A DNA stretch of 64,000 nt from Oikopleura dioica. Taxonomy: Eukaryota; Animalia; Chordata. Location: positions 6,820,001 through 6,884,000 of the forward strand of contig OU015568.1 of assembly GCA_907165135.1 (NCBI GenBank). Reading direction: 5' to 3'. This document shows positions 46,154 to 62,600 of this stretch, in pieces. Numbering within the stretch: position 1 is the first letter of the stretch; each line of letters starts with the position of its first letter. The notes under the pieces were generated by a model. It saw only the letters and a list, made by a program, of their open reading frames with translations, was not told the DNA's origin and did no database searches. The position numbers and the translations under genes were made by a program.

Positions 46154-49100
46154 ATGTCGTTGCTTAGATTTATTCGATACGCGGGGCAAGTGACTGCTGT
46201 TGATGACATCAAAAGGACAGCTCAGAAGCATTTCAAAGTAACAACAAGGTTCAAATCCCCTTTATAAACAATTCTAGCAATGGGGAAAGCATAAAGTAGT
46301 CTTCATCAAATCAAAAGAACCAATCAGTAAACAAGAAGTCGTCGATCTCTGCTCTGACATTCCATTTACTGACATTCACTGGTAAGAAGCAATGGATTGA
46401 ATTGGATTACATTCTCAGACTTCAGCCCAGTCGAGAAAAAGAAGAATGCTCAGAACGACTTCATCTATTCGAAGATAGAGTTGCCAACTTTCAATTTGGC
46501 GGCAGAAGTCATTTCCAGAGCTAGAACTGGCATCGAAAAAGAAGATAATAATTATGAGTCTGTTGGCTTTTCAAAAGAGTGGAGCATCGATGAATTCCGC
46601 AAGAAGGACAAAAATAGAACAACAAACATTCCCCGACCGCCTAACAAGAAAACAACAACACTAATCGTCCGTTTCCAGCAAAAAATCTCGCCCGCTGATA
46701 TTGTCAATCTCTTCTGCGATGATTTTAATTACCAGCCGGAAATAAAAGTAGTTCACAAACGAACAGAAAATACTTCAAGCGAAGAGCATCAACATGCGTG
46801 CATCAGATTCGAAACTCAAGAAGAAGCGATGAAAGTACTCGGGCATCTGCGGAAGAATAAACTTCATGTGTCAGCTCTGTGGGGGAAGAAAAATACAGTC
46901 GCTGGCTTGGCTCCGAGCTTTCAAAAGAACTTCTTGTATAACTTGAAAGACCCTACTCTAACGATAAAGGGGAAGGAAAGCCCTAAACTGTCTATTCAGC
47001 CAAAAGAAGTGAGAAAACTAAAAGATGGAAGCACTCATTTTACATTCAAAAGCGTCGCGGAAGCCAGAAAGGCGTTTGACGAAATGTTTGCAGATCGAAA
47101 TCGTGAATATAAAATTCTACCGTCGATGAAAAATCATATTCTGGAAATTGAAACAGAAGGTAGTCCGAAAAAGACGGTCAAAAATATCTCGCCGAGGCCG
47201 AAAGATACAGTGTTCTTCAAACGAGATAAGCTCAACTTGATCTATGCAGAGTTCCACTCTCCTAAAGACGCGTCAGATGCCTTGCTGCAACTTCAGAGCT
47301 CAGAGAAGATAGCCTCAGCCAAATTTGCGGATCGTTCGACCCTCATTCGGAATGATAGCACAGCTGAAAGATTAACAGGAGTTCTTCATGTTCCTCAAAG
47401 CTCAAGTGAAGTTTGCTATGTTCGGAAAACCTCATCTGGCGAAGAAGAAAAAGATATCGTCGTCATGCAAAATGATCTGAAAAACGCCTTTCACGGAGCG
47501 GAAGTTGAAGTTCAAATTATCGGAAAAGCGCGTGGCCGTAAACGAGGCCGAGTGATCTCGACCTCTTTTGACAATAAAAAAATTGTTGCTCAGTTGAAGC
47601 CAAACAAATCCAATTTGGAAAGGTTAATTCTTGAACCGTATGTAAAAAGAGTTGGCGAATGGTTTCCTGATATCATCGTTTCATCTGAAATTTTACCAGA
47701 GTACTTCGAGTTCGAAAAGGAAGACAATCATGAGGACACCGTCTTTTTCGTCAATGCAGATTACGATAATGAATCAGGCCATTTGGTTGCGTCAAAAATT
47801 GTTCCTAGAAAGATCAGAGAAGGTACTGTAGAGGAGTCGTTCTCTGAAAGCTTTTTATTCGCCGTGACTGATGATAACAAGAGGTACATCTTTCATCGCG
47901 GCGCTCTGGTCAACGATCGCGTCAAATTCCTCTCCGATGACCGAAGAGCCCAAATACTCGAAGTCCTCGAAAGAGAGCCAATAACTTGTGTCGGCATCTA
48001 CGATAAAGCGGAGAACGAGCTTCGTCCGATGAACTCGCAGTTGAACAGAGTCAAAATTCCAAAGAAAGAAACTCTCATCGACAAAAATGTATACAAAGTG
48101 AATCTGACATGGGAAGCAGGCTTCCGGAAAGAACCGACGGTCGAGATTCTTGAAAACATTGGTGAATCGGACTCGGTTGATAGTCTTGTTCTCGGGCTCT
48201 TGTCTGAGTGGGGATTCGATTATTCTGATATAGACAGCCAAGGCGATATCTTCTCCGATCTTAATCATGAATTGGATCTTGTCAAAGAGAACCGAGAAGA
48301 TTTTTCCAAAGAGCTTGTCTTTTCGATAGATCCAGAAACTGCTAAAGATCTTGACGATGCTCTCCATTTGAAACAAATCGACGAGGATACTTACGAAGTC
48401 GGTGTGCACATTGCCGACGTTTCCTTTTACATCGACAAAAGCTCGAAAATCGATGAGATTGCCGCTGACAGAACAACTTCTATTTATTTACCAGAAGCTG
48501 TCATACCAATGCTCCCGAAGGTACTTTTCGAGGATCTTGCCTCTCTCACGCCGGGTGAGCCAAAAAGGACCTTTACCGCTATTTTCACTATGAACAGAAA
48601 TGGGGAACTGGTAAAACCGACTCGATTCTCCAAGGGATTAATAAACAATCGCCGAAAATTTAGCTACGAAGAGGCTCAAAAGCTCCTTGATAGTACCGAA
48701 AACTCCGAATGTAGCTACTACCAAAATCTTTCAAACCTGAGTGATCTCGCAAAGAATCTTCGAGAAAAGAGGATGAAAAATGGAGCGACGAATATTGGGA
48801 CGAAATCGCCAAAGTTCATTTTTGATGAGACTTCGCGAATGCCAACTTCAATTTACAATGAAACCAGTTTCAGTACCAACAAATTAGTGGAAGAATTCAT
48901 GGTTCTTGCAAATAGTGAATGCGCAAAATTTCTCATGGAGCGGGTCGATCATCCTGTTATTCGCTTCCATGATTCCTTGCGCGAGGAAAAATGCATGGAA
49001 CTTTCCCGACTCCTGTCTGCTTCAATGCCGGAAGTGGCAGCTAAAATTGACGCGACAATGGACGGATATAGTATTCGAAAGTTGATGGAGTCTGCTGAGA

Positions 49101-49794
49101 ATCTCGATAGTATAACAAGAGAAGCATTGGAGCTTATGTTCATCAGATGCTTTACAGAGGCGCGATATGGGATCTTCAATAAAGAAGAACCTAATGCACA
49201 GCATTTCGGCCTAGCTCTCGAAGAGTATACGCACTTTACCTCGCCTATTCGCCGCTTTCCTGATGTTCTTGTTCACAGACAGCTCAACGATGCAATCTCA
49301 GAATCCAAAACTGCCTCATACGACCTGGCAGAGCTGGAAAAACACTTGCGTCGATCGAATTTAAAAAAGTACCGCAACCGGAAACTGCAGGCAGATCTGG
49401 ATCGTCTATTCACTTGGATGCTTTACAAAAATCAAGATTATAAGGGGCCGGTATTAGTAACTGGACCTATCGTGAATATCTCTGAAGACTCTGTTGAAGT
49501 CTATTGGAGCGAAACTGGCCTTGTTTTAGAATGTCTATTTGAGGTAGAGCGATTCGAGTTAGGTTAGTTAAGGTTTAATGTTCTTTTCAGACCGTTGAAA
49601 AAGAGCTGTTCGAGCCACCGGAAATGTCTGAGGACCAGGGTTCAATAATGGTCACGTGGAAAGAAACTAGAGATGATCAGGAAGATGCACTGGAGACGAT
49701 GCCTTACCACTGTTTAAAATCCGTTTCCTGTGAACTTATAATCGGGGAAACGCCTGATTCTCTTCGGGGAAAGCTAGTCTCTCCTCTTGTTTAG
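46154..49794 (+). CDS. RNase II/R family (DIS3L2-like) 3'-5' exoribonuclease with N-terminal RRM-like modules
   Basis: Intact catalytic motif SIDPETAKDLDDAL. VGVHIADVS; TTSIYLP; KLVEEFMVLAN; YTHFTSPIRRFPDVLVHRQL. Cold-shock-like segments. No PIN domain. Confidence 0.9.
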
Positions 49795-49836
49795 AATATA
49801 ATTCTGTAAATACTCATTTATTGGAGTTTATTCAGA

Positions 49837-50854
49837 ATGGCAAAGGATTTGGATTTGGAAGAAATTCTTAATTTTGCCATCGAGTGCGCAAAAACTGTCG
49901 GTCCAATCATCAAGGATGGCTATTACAGAAAAAAGAATATCGAGGAGAAACTTGGGCCGGCAGATCTCGTGACTGAATATGACAAGAAAGTTGAGGAAAC
50001 GATCGTTGGAATGATAAAAAACAAGTATCCGACTCATGAGATTATCGGAGAAGAGTCTGCCTCTGAGAATATTGTTTTGACGAAGGTAGATTAAAACCAT
50101 TTTCTATAATTTCTATCTTCTTCTGTTAGGCCCCAACTTGGGTGATTGATCCTATCGATGGCACGACTAATTTCATCTCGCAATTTCCTTACTGCGCTAC
50201 TCTTATCGGCTTCATGGTTGATCGACTACCAGTTGTTGGTGTTGCTTACAATCCGATCTTAGGTACACTTACTTTTATATCGTTTTAATTAAATACAACA
50301 AAAAGATGAACTCTTTGCTGCTCGAAAAGGAAACGGAGCAACTAAAAATGGCGAAAAGATAACTGTCAACGATACAAAAGAAGTCCGCAATTCTTTAATC
50401 ATCACAGAGTTCGGTAGCAGCAGAGATGACAAAAGAATGGACATCGTTCTCGAAAACATGAAATCAACAATCATGACTCCCTCTAGGTATTCTTTCGAAG
50501 TTCGCTGCGGATGTTTACGATCTTTCAGAGGGATCAGAGCGCTGGGAGCATGTGGACCAAACGTTTGTTGTGTTGCTAGTGGCCAAGCTGATCTGCTGTT
50601 TGAAACAGGGATGCATATTTGGGATATTTGCGCTGTTAGGTTAGTCTTCCTTGATTTTATTCTCGATCTCACATGTTTGTAGTATAATTCTTGAAGAAGC
50701 AGGTGGCTGCGTTATGAACATGGACGGATCTACACCTCTCAACTACCTGAATAGAAAGTACATCGCTTCGTGTACTCCAGAGCTGGCGCGAGAAGTCGCT
50801 TCGAAATTAAAACCGATCGAAGTCCCTGCCGATGGCGTTGAAAGCCAAGACTAG
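49837..50854 (+). CDS. IMPA1: Inositol monophosphatase
   Basis: ADLVTEYDKKVE; IIGEES; PTWVIDPIDGTTNF; GMHIWDICA; ILEEAGG. Confidence 0.93.
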
Positions 50855-51092
50855 AATAAAATATTATCACTCTCTTTTTTTCTCCGATAAAGCTTCCATC
50901 TTGTTGTTTTATGTCAAACCAAACCTTTGCTGTTCTGACTTGATCAAAGCGAAGACTTCGAGCCTTGAGCAGTACAGCATATCAACCCTCTTTATTGTCC
51001 TTTTTGAAAAGTTTTTTTCTTCAAACTTCGAATGTACCCTAGAATAAAAGTAATTGTTTCTGCGAGATTTCTAACCCGTTGATACTCTAAGA

Positions 51093-52265
51093 ATGATTTT
51101 TGAAGGCTCTCAGGTGGAAATTGTTAATCCGACCATAAATGGCCAACTTCCCTATTTGACGAAAGATCTCGGTCATGCGGACGGGATCGAGGGAGTCGGA
51201 TCAGACGACTTTGTGGAGTCTGCCAGACAGGCAAAGAAATCATCAATTAAGAATCTTCAGCAGCTAATGTTCACGAACGAAGGAAAAAATAGTAATCATT
51301 CTTATCTGATGCCACACGAGCAGCTCCGTTTTTCCACCCGTCTGGAAGAAGACGAGGTACGCGCTGGAGGAGTAACGATGAAAGCCGCTCCTCTTTGGGC
51401 GCCGTCAGGCAAGTGCGCGACAACGCCGGAAGAATATGTTCTGCTGGCGGAATTTGGAAATTGTTCTGTTACCGAGCTTCTGTCTGACTACGATATCGAC
51501 TTCCGTGTCAAGTTGTCTAAGAAAAGGTGGGAAAAGGCTCAGCTGCGGACGGAAAACTGGCTCAAAATTCAACTTCCAATGATGGCAAAAAAGAATATTG
51601 TCGTGCCAGTCATTTACTTGCCTGATGATAGGCAGTTCGAAATACATGTTCAAAACTTGAAAGAACTCCTCAAAAACTATGAAGGAACAGTTTGCGGCTT
51701 ATCCATTCGTGGATTAAACGTCAACGAAGATATCGATTTTGATAATTTGGAAAAAAGATTGAAAATGCTCCCCGATGGAGCAAGAATTTGTCTGGATCTC
51801 GCAAAGCCGAAGGAAATTGTCCTCGGTAAAGGATGATTTCTGATCTTTTTCTCAAAAGAGTTTATAGGTCGACTAGCGGGAGTGAACATCTTTGGCGGAC
51901 AATTTGCGAGCACGCAAGCTTCGAATCATAAAGCGATGATCTTGCCCACTACCGCACAGCCTTCAAGAGTGCCTCAGATGATTTCTCTTGCAGAAAATGA
52001 TCATGCAGGTTTGCGAAAAGAAATAATAGCTCAGAGTCAAATTATTCTCAGGTGACAAGAGTCAACTCTCACCCGACTCGCCGGTAGACCTCAGCCGAGC
52101 ATATATCCATCACCTGACGAATGTGAAAGAAATCCTCGCGCATATTCTACTGATGAAACACAACCTAGACCAAATGAATAAATTTATCGAACTAATTCGC
52201 TCTTGCTCGAGCGAGGAAAGCTTGAGGAATCTTTTAGAACTGTTCTAGAATTATCAAAATCGTAA
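51093..52265 (+). CDS. QTRT2: Queuine tRNA-ribosyltransferase accessory subunit
   Basis: GQLPYLTKD; LWAPSGKCATTPEEY; KKRWEKAQLRTENWL; YIHHLTNVKEILAHILLMKHN. Confidence 0.78.
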
Positions 52266-52297
52266 TTATGTCGTATTAGTGTTGATTTTGTTCAGAC

Positions 52298-54543
<2,246 letters not shown>

Positions 54544-54804
54544 AGAAAGAAGCATCGAATAATCCGTCCTGACGCAGTCAGTTTTTGCTTCATTTTTCCT
54601 TTCTTTCGGCCCCTTACTCTCTTATTGATCCTCTCCTCTTTCTCCTCTTGTTTTTTGTTGTGGAACTTATTATTATCGCTGGTTTTTGACTCAACCAATT
54701 CTAGGAAAATTTAAAGTGAAACGATCTACTGCCCTAGCAACAAAAAAGAATTAACTCAGATTAGTCTAATCATCAGAAATCCCCCTCATATTCTCGCTTT
54801 TAGT

Positions 54805-56183
<1,379 letters not shown>

Positions 56184-57024
56184 TTGATAACCCAAGGTTT
56201 GAAAAGGTTAAAGCAATCAATCAGTGACGCGGTTTCTTGTAAACTGAAGCTGATGTACCAAAAATTACTCCCATCATCATATTAAATGTTGTTCCTAGAC
56301 CCCAAGAAGATTAAATTGCAATCGCTCTCTATTTTGTACAAATACCTCACCTTATTCTTCACAACCAGCGAAAAAGAAAAAAAAATGCTCATGATCGAAC
56401 ACTAGATTTGTGCCTTATTCAGAAAAAAATCTTGATTCAACCATCTTTGATTCCAGTCGGTTTTTCAACCCTTTTCTTCTCCCAATCTGCTTTAGAGATT
56501 ATATTTTGTTAATTTTCTTAAATTGCCAAACATTCTTGAAGTACAAAAGACTGTAAGGTGCTACTTATCCGATATTTATGCCCATGAAAATTATTTTAAT
56601 TTTTATTTAATTTGCGGCTTCATTTTCTCAATGAAGTGATCCACGAGCTCCGAAAAGTACAACACTCAACAACTACTATTATATAGTTCAACTATTTATT
56701 TGATTAATTTATTTAGAAAGTAGAAAGCTTTTAGCTCATTCTTGGCAACATGAATGCAACCTGTATTTTGTAGATAACTAGAAATTGATCATTTCGATTT
56801 CGATACCTCACTAATGCTTTTTGATTACAATTAATTGATTTGTTACATTCCCGGCGATACAATACTACTGAATAAATTTCATAATTCTCAAATTGACCAA
56901 CTTCTCAATTCGTCATTTCTGATAATTCAACTCTTGGTTCAGTTTCTCTGTTCTAGCGGATCGATTAAATAAATAGATAATTTTATTCTAATTAAATCAA
57001 TTTAAATCTGAACGAATCTCTCAG

Positions 57025-57144
57025 ACTGGGCTCGAAAACCTGTGGAGAAAACCTGAGTCAGGGTCGTTTGAAAGAGCAACTTTTTATCAGAGTTCTTTCA
57101 AATGATCCTGACTCAGGTTTTCTACACAGGTTCTCGAGTCCAGT
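57025..57144. mobile_element. MITE, family A (intergenic copy)
   Basis: Inverted arms actgggctcgaaaacctgtggagaaaacctgagtcagggtc / gatcctgactcaggttttctacacaggttctcgagtccagt. Confidence 0.8.
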
Positions 57145-57720
57145 TCTCAGAAACGCAGTTTACAAATTTGTTATTAATTATGTTATTGTGTCGAGATACT
57201 GTCTTAAAGCATTTTAGCATCATCAGAAAGGCAGTAGCAAAATAGCATTCATTTAGAATGTCTCAAACTCGCCCCAAGTCAGGCCTCAAAAAGACCAAGT
57301 CGAAGCCTGCGTTGGATGTAAGTCACTTGTCAGTAATCCCGGATTATTTACGTTTTCAACCCAACAGAACCAGAACAGGCAGGAAAAAAGGAGTTCCAGC
57401 AAGGGCATTCAAGCGCAGAAAATAGGTAGCAGGATAAATAGAAAAAGCGAACTCTGATTGAAATCAATTTCAAAGTCTCAGTTTGATAAGCATCTAGCGA
57501 TAAACAATTTGCTTGAAGGAGGGTGAAATTCAAGGCCGAATTCACGGAGATTTGGAAAATTTCGCCGAAAAGGGGAAAAATCGCACCGCAGCTGGCGATT
57601 GTGGCAACAATATCCCACCGAGAATAGTGTTTCGGTGGGAGAGGACGAAAAAACAAGGAAATTTCGCGGAAAAATGATCTGCTTGTTTATCCAAAAGTTA
57701 CTGTATAAATTATACTAATA

Positions 57721-57822
57721 CAGTAGATCTTTTTCTGAAAATGACTTTTCTCAAAGCTTTTTCAGAACCGTAAATTTCTGAAAAAGCTTTGAGAAAAGCC
57801 ACTTCCAGGAAAAGATCTACTG
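57721..57822. mobile_element. Tc1/mariner-like mini palindromic MITE
   Basis: TA|CAGTAGATC...GATCTACTG|TA with about 47-bp arms, inserted in a palindromic ACTAATATTAGT-type site. Confidence 0.7.
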
Positions 57823-59677
57823 TATTAGTTTCCCGTAAAAACGTAAAAAGCTAATTGAAAATTTCGAAAAAAACGCCTGTCCCCTCAAATGGCGGATCAA
57901 TCTTCGGACTAAATTTTACAAATTTTGTTAAATCAATTCGGTGGAGCTTCAGCGCTCAGCTCCAATATGTTTTTGTTTTGGAAATATTCTTGTCAAAGTT
58001 GGCCGACAAATTGAATCTTTAGCTTTAACGTAAATTGTATTATGTTTGAGAAGTAATACTCTGTTCAACGAAATCAGCCATTTTTGATCTAAATAATCGC
58101 CTTGAAAACTGTTTTCGAAAACAAATCCGAATTGAAGAGCGTTTACTAAAGGTTAATATTATAAGACCACCCCTCAAACTTCAGCAAAAAGTCCTCAGTC
58201 AAGTCCTTTAATGAGAATCTCCTTGAAAAAAAATCTCAATAACGACGAAAAATTTTTGGCCCCAGCTGGTGGGTTCCGCATTCGCCATCCGGTTCGCAAT
58301 TTTGGCACTAGAATTATTATCTGCCCTTACACCGCCAAGAATTTTGTACAATTTTGCGAAACAGATGATGAATTCGAGCCGTTCTTTTCTTTTAGTCGCT
58401 CAGATTTGGAATTTCCATTTCGCAAAAAATGCCAATTCTGGCGCTTTTTTTAAATAGATTTTTTATCCGTTTTTGATTAATTTAAAATTTGTCCTCAAGT
58501 CTATTTCTTTGAGACTTGAGCAAATTACTACTGTAGTATCGATTCCGCGGCGAGTTAATAAAACTCGCCGTTTTGATGAGGCCAAATTGAAAAATCTGCT
58601 TTGCAGCGTGTTCTTCATTATTTTTTACAATCGCTCAAATATTTCGACAAAATTAGTTATTTAGATACACTCTCCTCTTTAAATTACATCTTGTGCTACA
58701 TTTATTCTCAAATAGAAAGGCGTAACAGTAATAACAGTCTTACGTTAGATATATTTTATTGCGCACATAATTTATTTCATGTAAGATATCTATTTTTTAT
58801 ATTTTTTTATAACACTGTTATATTGGTACTTAGAAATATTCAGGCTGAAAATTCTCGCTTGAATGATAAAATTTATGATCAGGAAAGCGTCACGATTGTT
58901 ATTTTTTTATTTGAATCGAAAAAAAATCGAGGAATAAGGATTGGTAATGAGATTATGACAATTTGTTGATATCTTTACTATAGCTTTTAGTATTCAAATG
59001 AGAATTTTTTATTATATAACCAGTTTAATTAAAGACTAATTGTATGATAACTTAGTTAAAGAAATATTTAATTAACTTCATTAAATTAAAAACATGCTAA
59101 CTAATTAATAGTATTACTATTTGACTATTATAGTAGAATAATTTAAAATTTACAAGTTTGATTGATGAATTTATCATGTTAAAACACCTAATTAGCGGTT
59201 CAATATCAGCCAGAGAGCCATTCACTTTTACCATTGGCCCTCCCTTTGAAAAAATCTTGAGTGATTTTGGCGCCGCAGAGCTTGGTCCATTGGCGGCGCC
59301 CTAACAATCGGATACTAACTGCGCCCTGCCGATTCTGGCACTGATGTCTTCTTAACGCTAATTTCGAAGATACATCTTGTTAAAAGCTCGTTCGCTGAGC
59401 ATAACATTCACAGCGCCGCTGGTGCTTTTCTTTCGCTTCGGATACTTTTTTCGGCAGCGTAATTTTTTAAGCCAGAGACATATTTTTTTTGTCGTCGGTC
59501 AGACGCCAAGAAATTCAAATTCGAGATACGAAACGAAATGTACGACGGATACAGGCGACGGGCTCACTCGAAAGTTGAAAGCTCTTCGGAAAAAAGCTTT
59601 TTTTTTTCTTCAGAAATTCTGCTTTTTTCGGGATCAATCAAAAATCACCGCTAGAAATCAAAACAGAGAAAAGAGAG

Positions 59678-62600
59678 ATGTGGAGCCCAATCCTTAGCCT
59701 ACAAGATGCTTTGATGAGACATGCTCATGCCAAACAAGGGCTGCCAAATGGAGGCCGGGTGCCCTTTTTACCCGGCATTCCAGGGCTCTCTTCTTCCTGG
59801 GAAGGATTCAACCCACTCGCCCAAGGCGCTTCCAACGCTCACAGGCCCTTCCATGTCCAGCATTTTCTAAAACAAGCTGCAGCGGCGCAACAACAGCTGC
59901 AAAGAAAGGTAAATTATCATTGATAAGTTTTCTCCATAACTTTTCAAGAATAATAGCCTCAAATTTTAATCCTAGTTGGCGGAAACAAGTTCGCACCTCA
60001 AAAGCCCTCCCCGCTCCTCCACCTCCTCCTTTCCCGAAATTCCATCTCTTCCCGCACCTTTCCGAGCTGGACTAAGTGCAGACCTGGACACTCCTAATGG
60101 GAAGAAGCGCCGTGGAAATTACGCGAGTTACACTCCTCAACAGAGAATCGAGATCGGCGCCTTTTCCATTGGTAAGTTTCCTTGACTCGAAAGCAGAAGG
60201 TCACCTTGGTGAATTTTTAGAGTATGGGACTGGAAAAGCTTCGAAGCAATTTGCTCTGCCAGAAAGTACAGCTCGCGGTTTCAGGGATAAATTGATGAAG
60301 ATCCTACAGGTACGAGTTTTCAGAATGAGCATCTATTGAGCGCATCTTTCAGGATGGAAGCGAAGGAATTCCGCTCGAACCGGAGAGGATCTCCCGCCTG
60401 CGGGTTCTCATCGAAACGAACACCTCTCTCTCCGGCGGCTCCGGAACTATTCCCAGCCCGACTCTGCCGTCCACCACCAGTCCAAGCAAGATTCCCGCAT
60501 TGCCAGCACCGCATCAGCTTTTCCGCCCGCATCTTGAATTTCTTGAAAACACGAGCAAACTCAACGATTCCAACGCATCCATCAAGATCGAGGACGTTTC
60601 CTCTGATGCTGATTCCGGCCATTCCAGCGCTAACTCGAGCAACTCAGAGGCTAAAAAATCACCCTCCCAGACTAACGCCGTAAGTTTTCTTTTGCGCAAA
60701 TTCTCCTTTTTTGGTTGGTCATTTCGGAAGTTCGCTAATCCACTTTTCAGACGGCTGACATGAGATCTCTCCTCGACAAGCTCCAAAGCTACAATCGATT
60801 GCGAACAGAGTCTTTGGAAAGAAACTACTCCTCCATCCTTCAACCAAAGTAAGTTGCATCATAGAAAATCCAAAGCTTGAAATTTTCGGCCCCTTGAACC
60901 CAATTTTGCAGGTGGACATTTTGAGCGTCCGCATTCTGTTCACGTTCAATTTTGTTTTTATCGAATTCGGTAATCGGTATTTTGAAATGGCGCAGTCAGG
61001 CGTAACATGGATCCTTATCCATTCCCTGAGACTAGTAACAACTAGGAATAAAAATGGTGTAAATAGTTTGTGTAATAAAGCAATTATTTCAACTATTTCT
61101 TCATTTCCTAATTCAGCGCCTCAATTGTTGGGCAAAAACGATCCTGCGGAGATGAAGCTCTCGACTCTGATCATGCTGCTAAACGACTTCGTCTACCCAG
61201 CCAGACTTTAGCCCACTCAAGTCCGGATCAGAAGAAGGTATTTATACGAAAAACAGTTTTTTTTTCAAAGCAGGTCCTTTTTTTGCAGAGCAGGTTGTTA
61301 TTGCCTTTCCTTGTTGATTTTTTTGCGTTCTGTTGGGTTGAAATCATCATATCCGGCGTATTTTTTCTGGTGGTGATTTTTGTTGCTTAGAGCACGTGTT
61401 CTGATCTGAGCCAGCTTCGATTGTCCAAAGAGGAGCTTCGAAAACGCAAGGATCTCATGAAATCAAAGCATATTAACTCGGCCAAGTCGGAAATCCGCAG
61501 CATGGACCCAATGCACATGCCTTCCAAAGAGGAAGTTGAAATGGAGTTGCAACGGCTTCAGGTACAATTATGACAAATTGAATAGAAGTTGCTGAATATT
61601 CACAAATTTGGAAAGACATGGCTTCAATTCACAAGAGGTCGTGGGAAAACAAGCGCTTCTATTTTTGTGATGAAAATAAGCTCGCAGAAATTTTAATTGA
61701 ATTCACCAGCGCGCACTTTATTTTGCGCGTAAATTTCATAAAATAAAGAAATTCGTCTGAATTTGATCTTTCAGGCGATCAGAAGAGCGCTTTACCAAGA
61801 CAACACGGCTCCCAATCCTTCCGGTTGTGGAACTTCAGAGCTCGATGCTTCCGTTCAAATCGATTCGCACTTTGGCATGTCTGCTCGAACTGCGGCAAAA
61901 ATGGTCGTCACTCATGCACCCAGCGATATCAGCTCGATTCAAGGGGATCTGACGGATCTTACGGAACGCGATTGTCAAACACCTACTTCTGATATTTCTG
62001 TCGAATCGGAAGAAAAGCCTGTCAATCAAGTTGAACAAAATCAGGTGATTTTGAGGCCTAGAAATCTGAGCTTGACAACCGGTGCGCAAATCCTGGCTCA
62101 GGACCCAAAATATCTTCAATGAAAAGCCGCGCTTCGCCAAAAATTTCCATCCTACGTGGCTTTTCATTGAAGCTATCTTGGGTCCTGAGTCAGGATTTGG
62201 GCACAGGTTGTCAAACCTAGCTGTAAATCATAAGATAAAGTAACCAACCTTTTCAGGACGAAAAAAGCGCCCCTGCGTCAGTAGCTGTCGAGATCGGAGA
62301 CTCGGAAGCTTCAAAGCTGCTGGGACAAATCGAGGAATCGCTGGACAAAGTGACAGGTGCCGTGACCCAGCGGCCAGCTTCCTTCACTGCACGCTTGTTA
62401 GCCACGCAGACGCAACTTGTCAAATTTGTCGCCGATGTAAGTAAACTCCAAATGGACTTTTCTTTTTATTTTAATAATCAATCTGGCTATCAAAGTGAAT
62501 ACGCAAATGGGGGGTATTTTTGAATATTTAATTAGTACACAAGTAACGTTATTTTTCTTTTAGTGCGAGGTGAAGATACTCGACGAGTCTAAGGAGCGAA

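Noticed and set aside
57259-57510. Possible tiny spliced gene MSQTRPKSGLKKTKSKPALD...
   Set aside because: Only about 40 codons after manual splicing and no family signal; too weak to call.
58211-59697. ORFs in the AT-rich region upstream of the HTH gene
   Set aside because: F/I/L/N-biased translations typical of non-coding AT-rich DNA, with no coherent exon chain.
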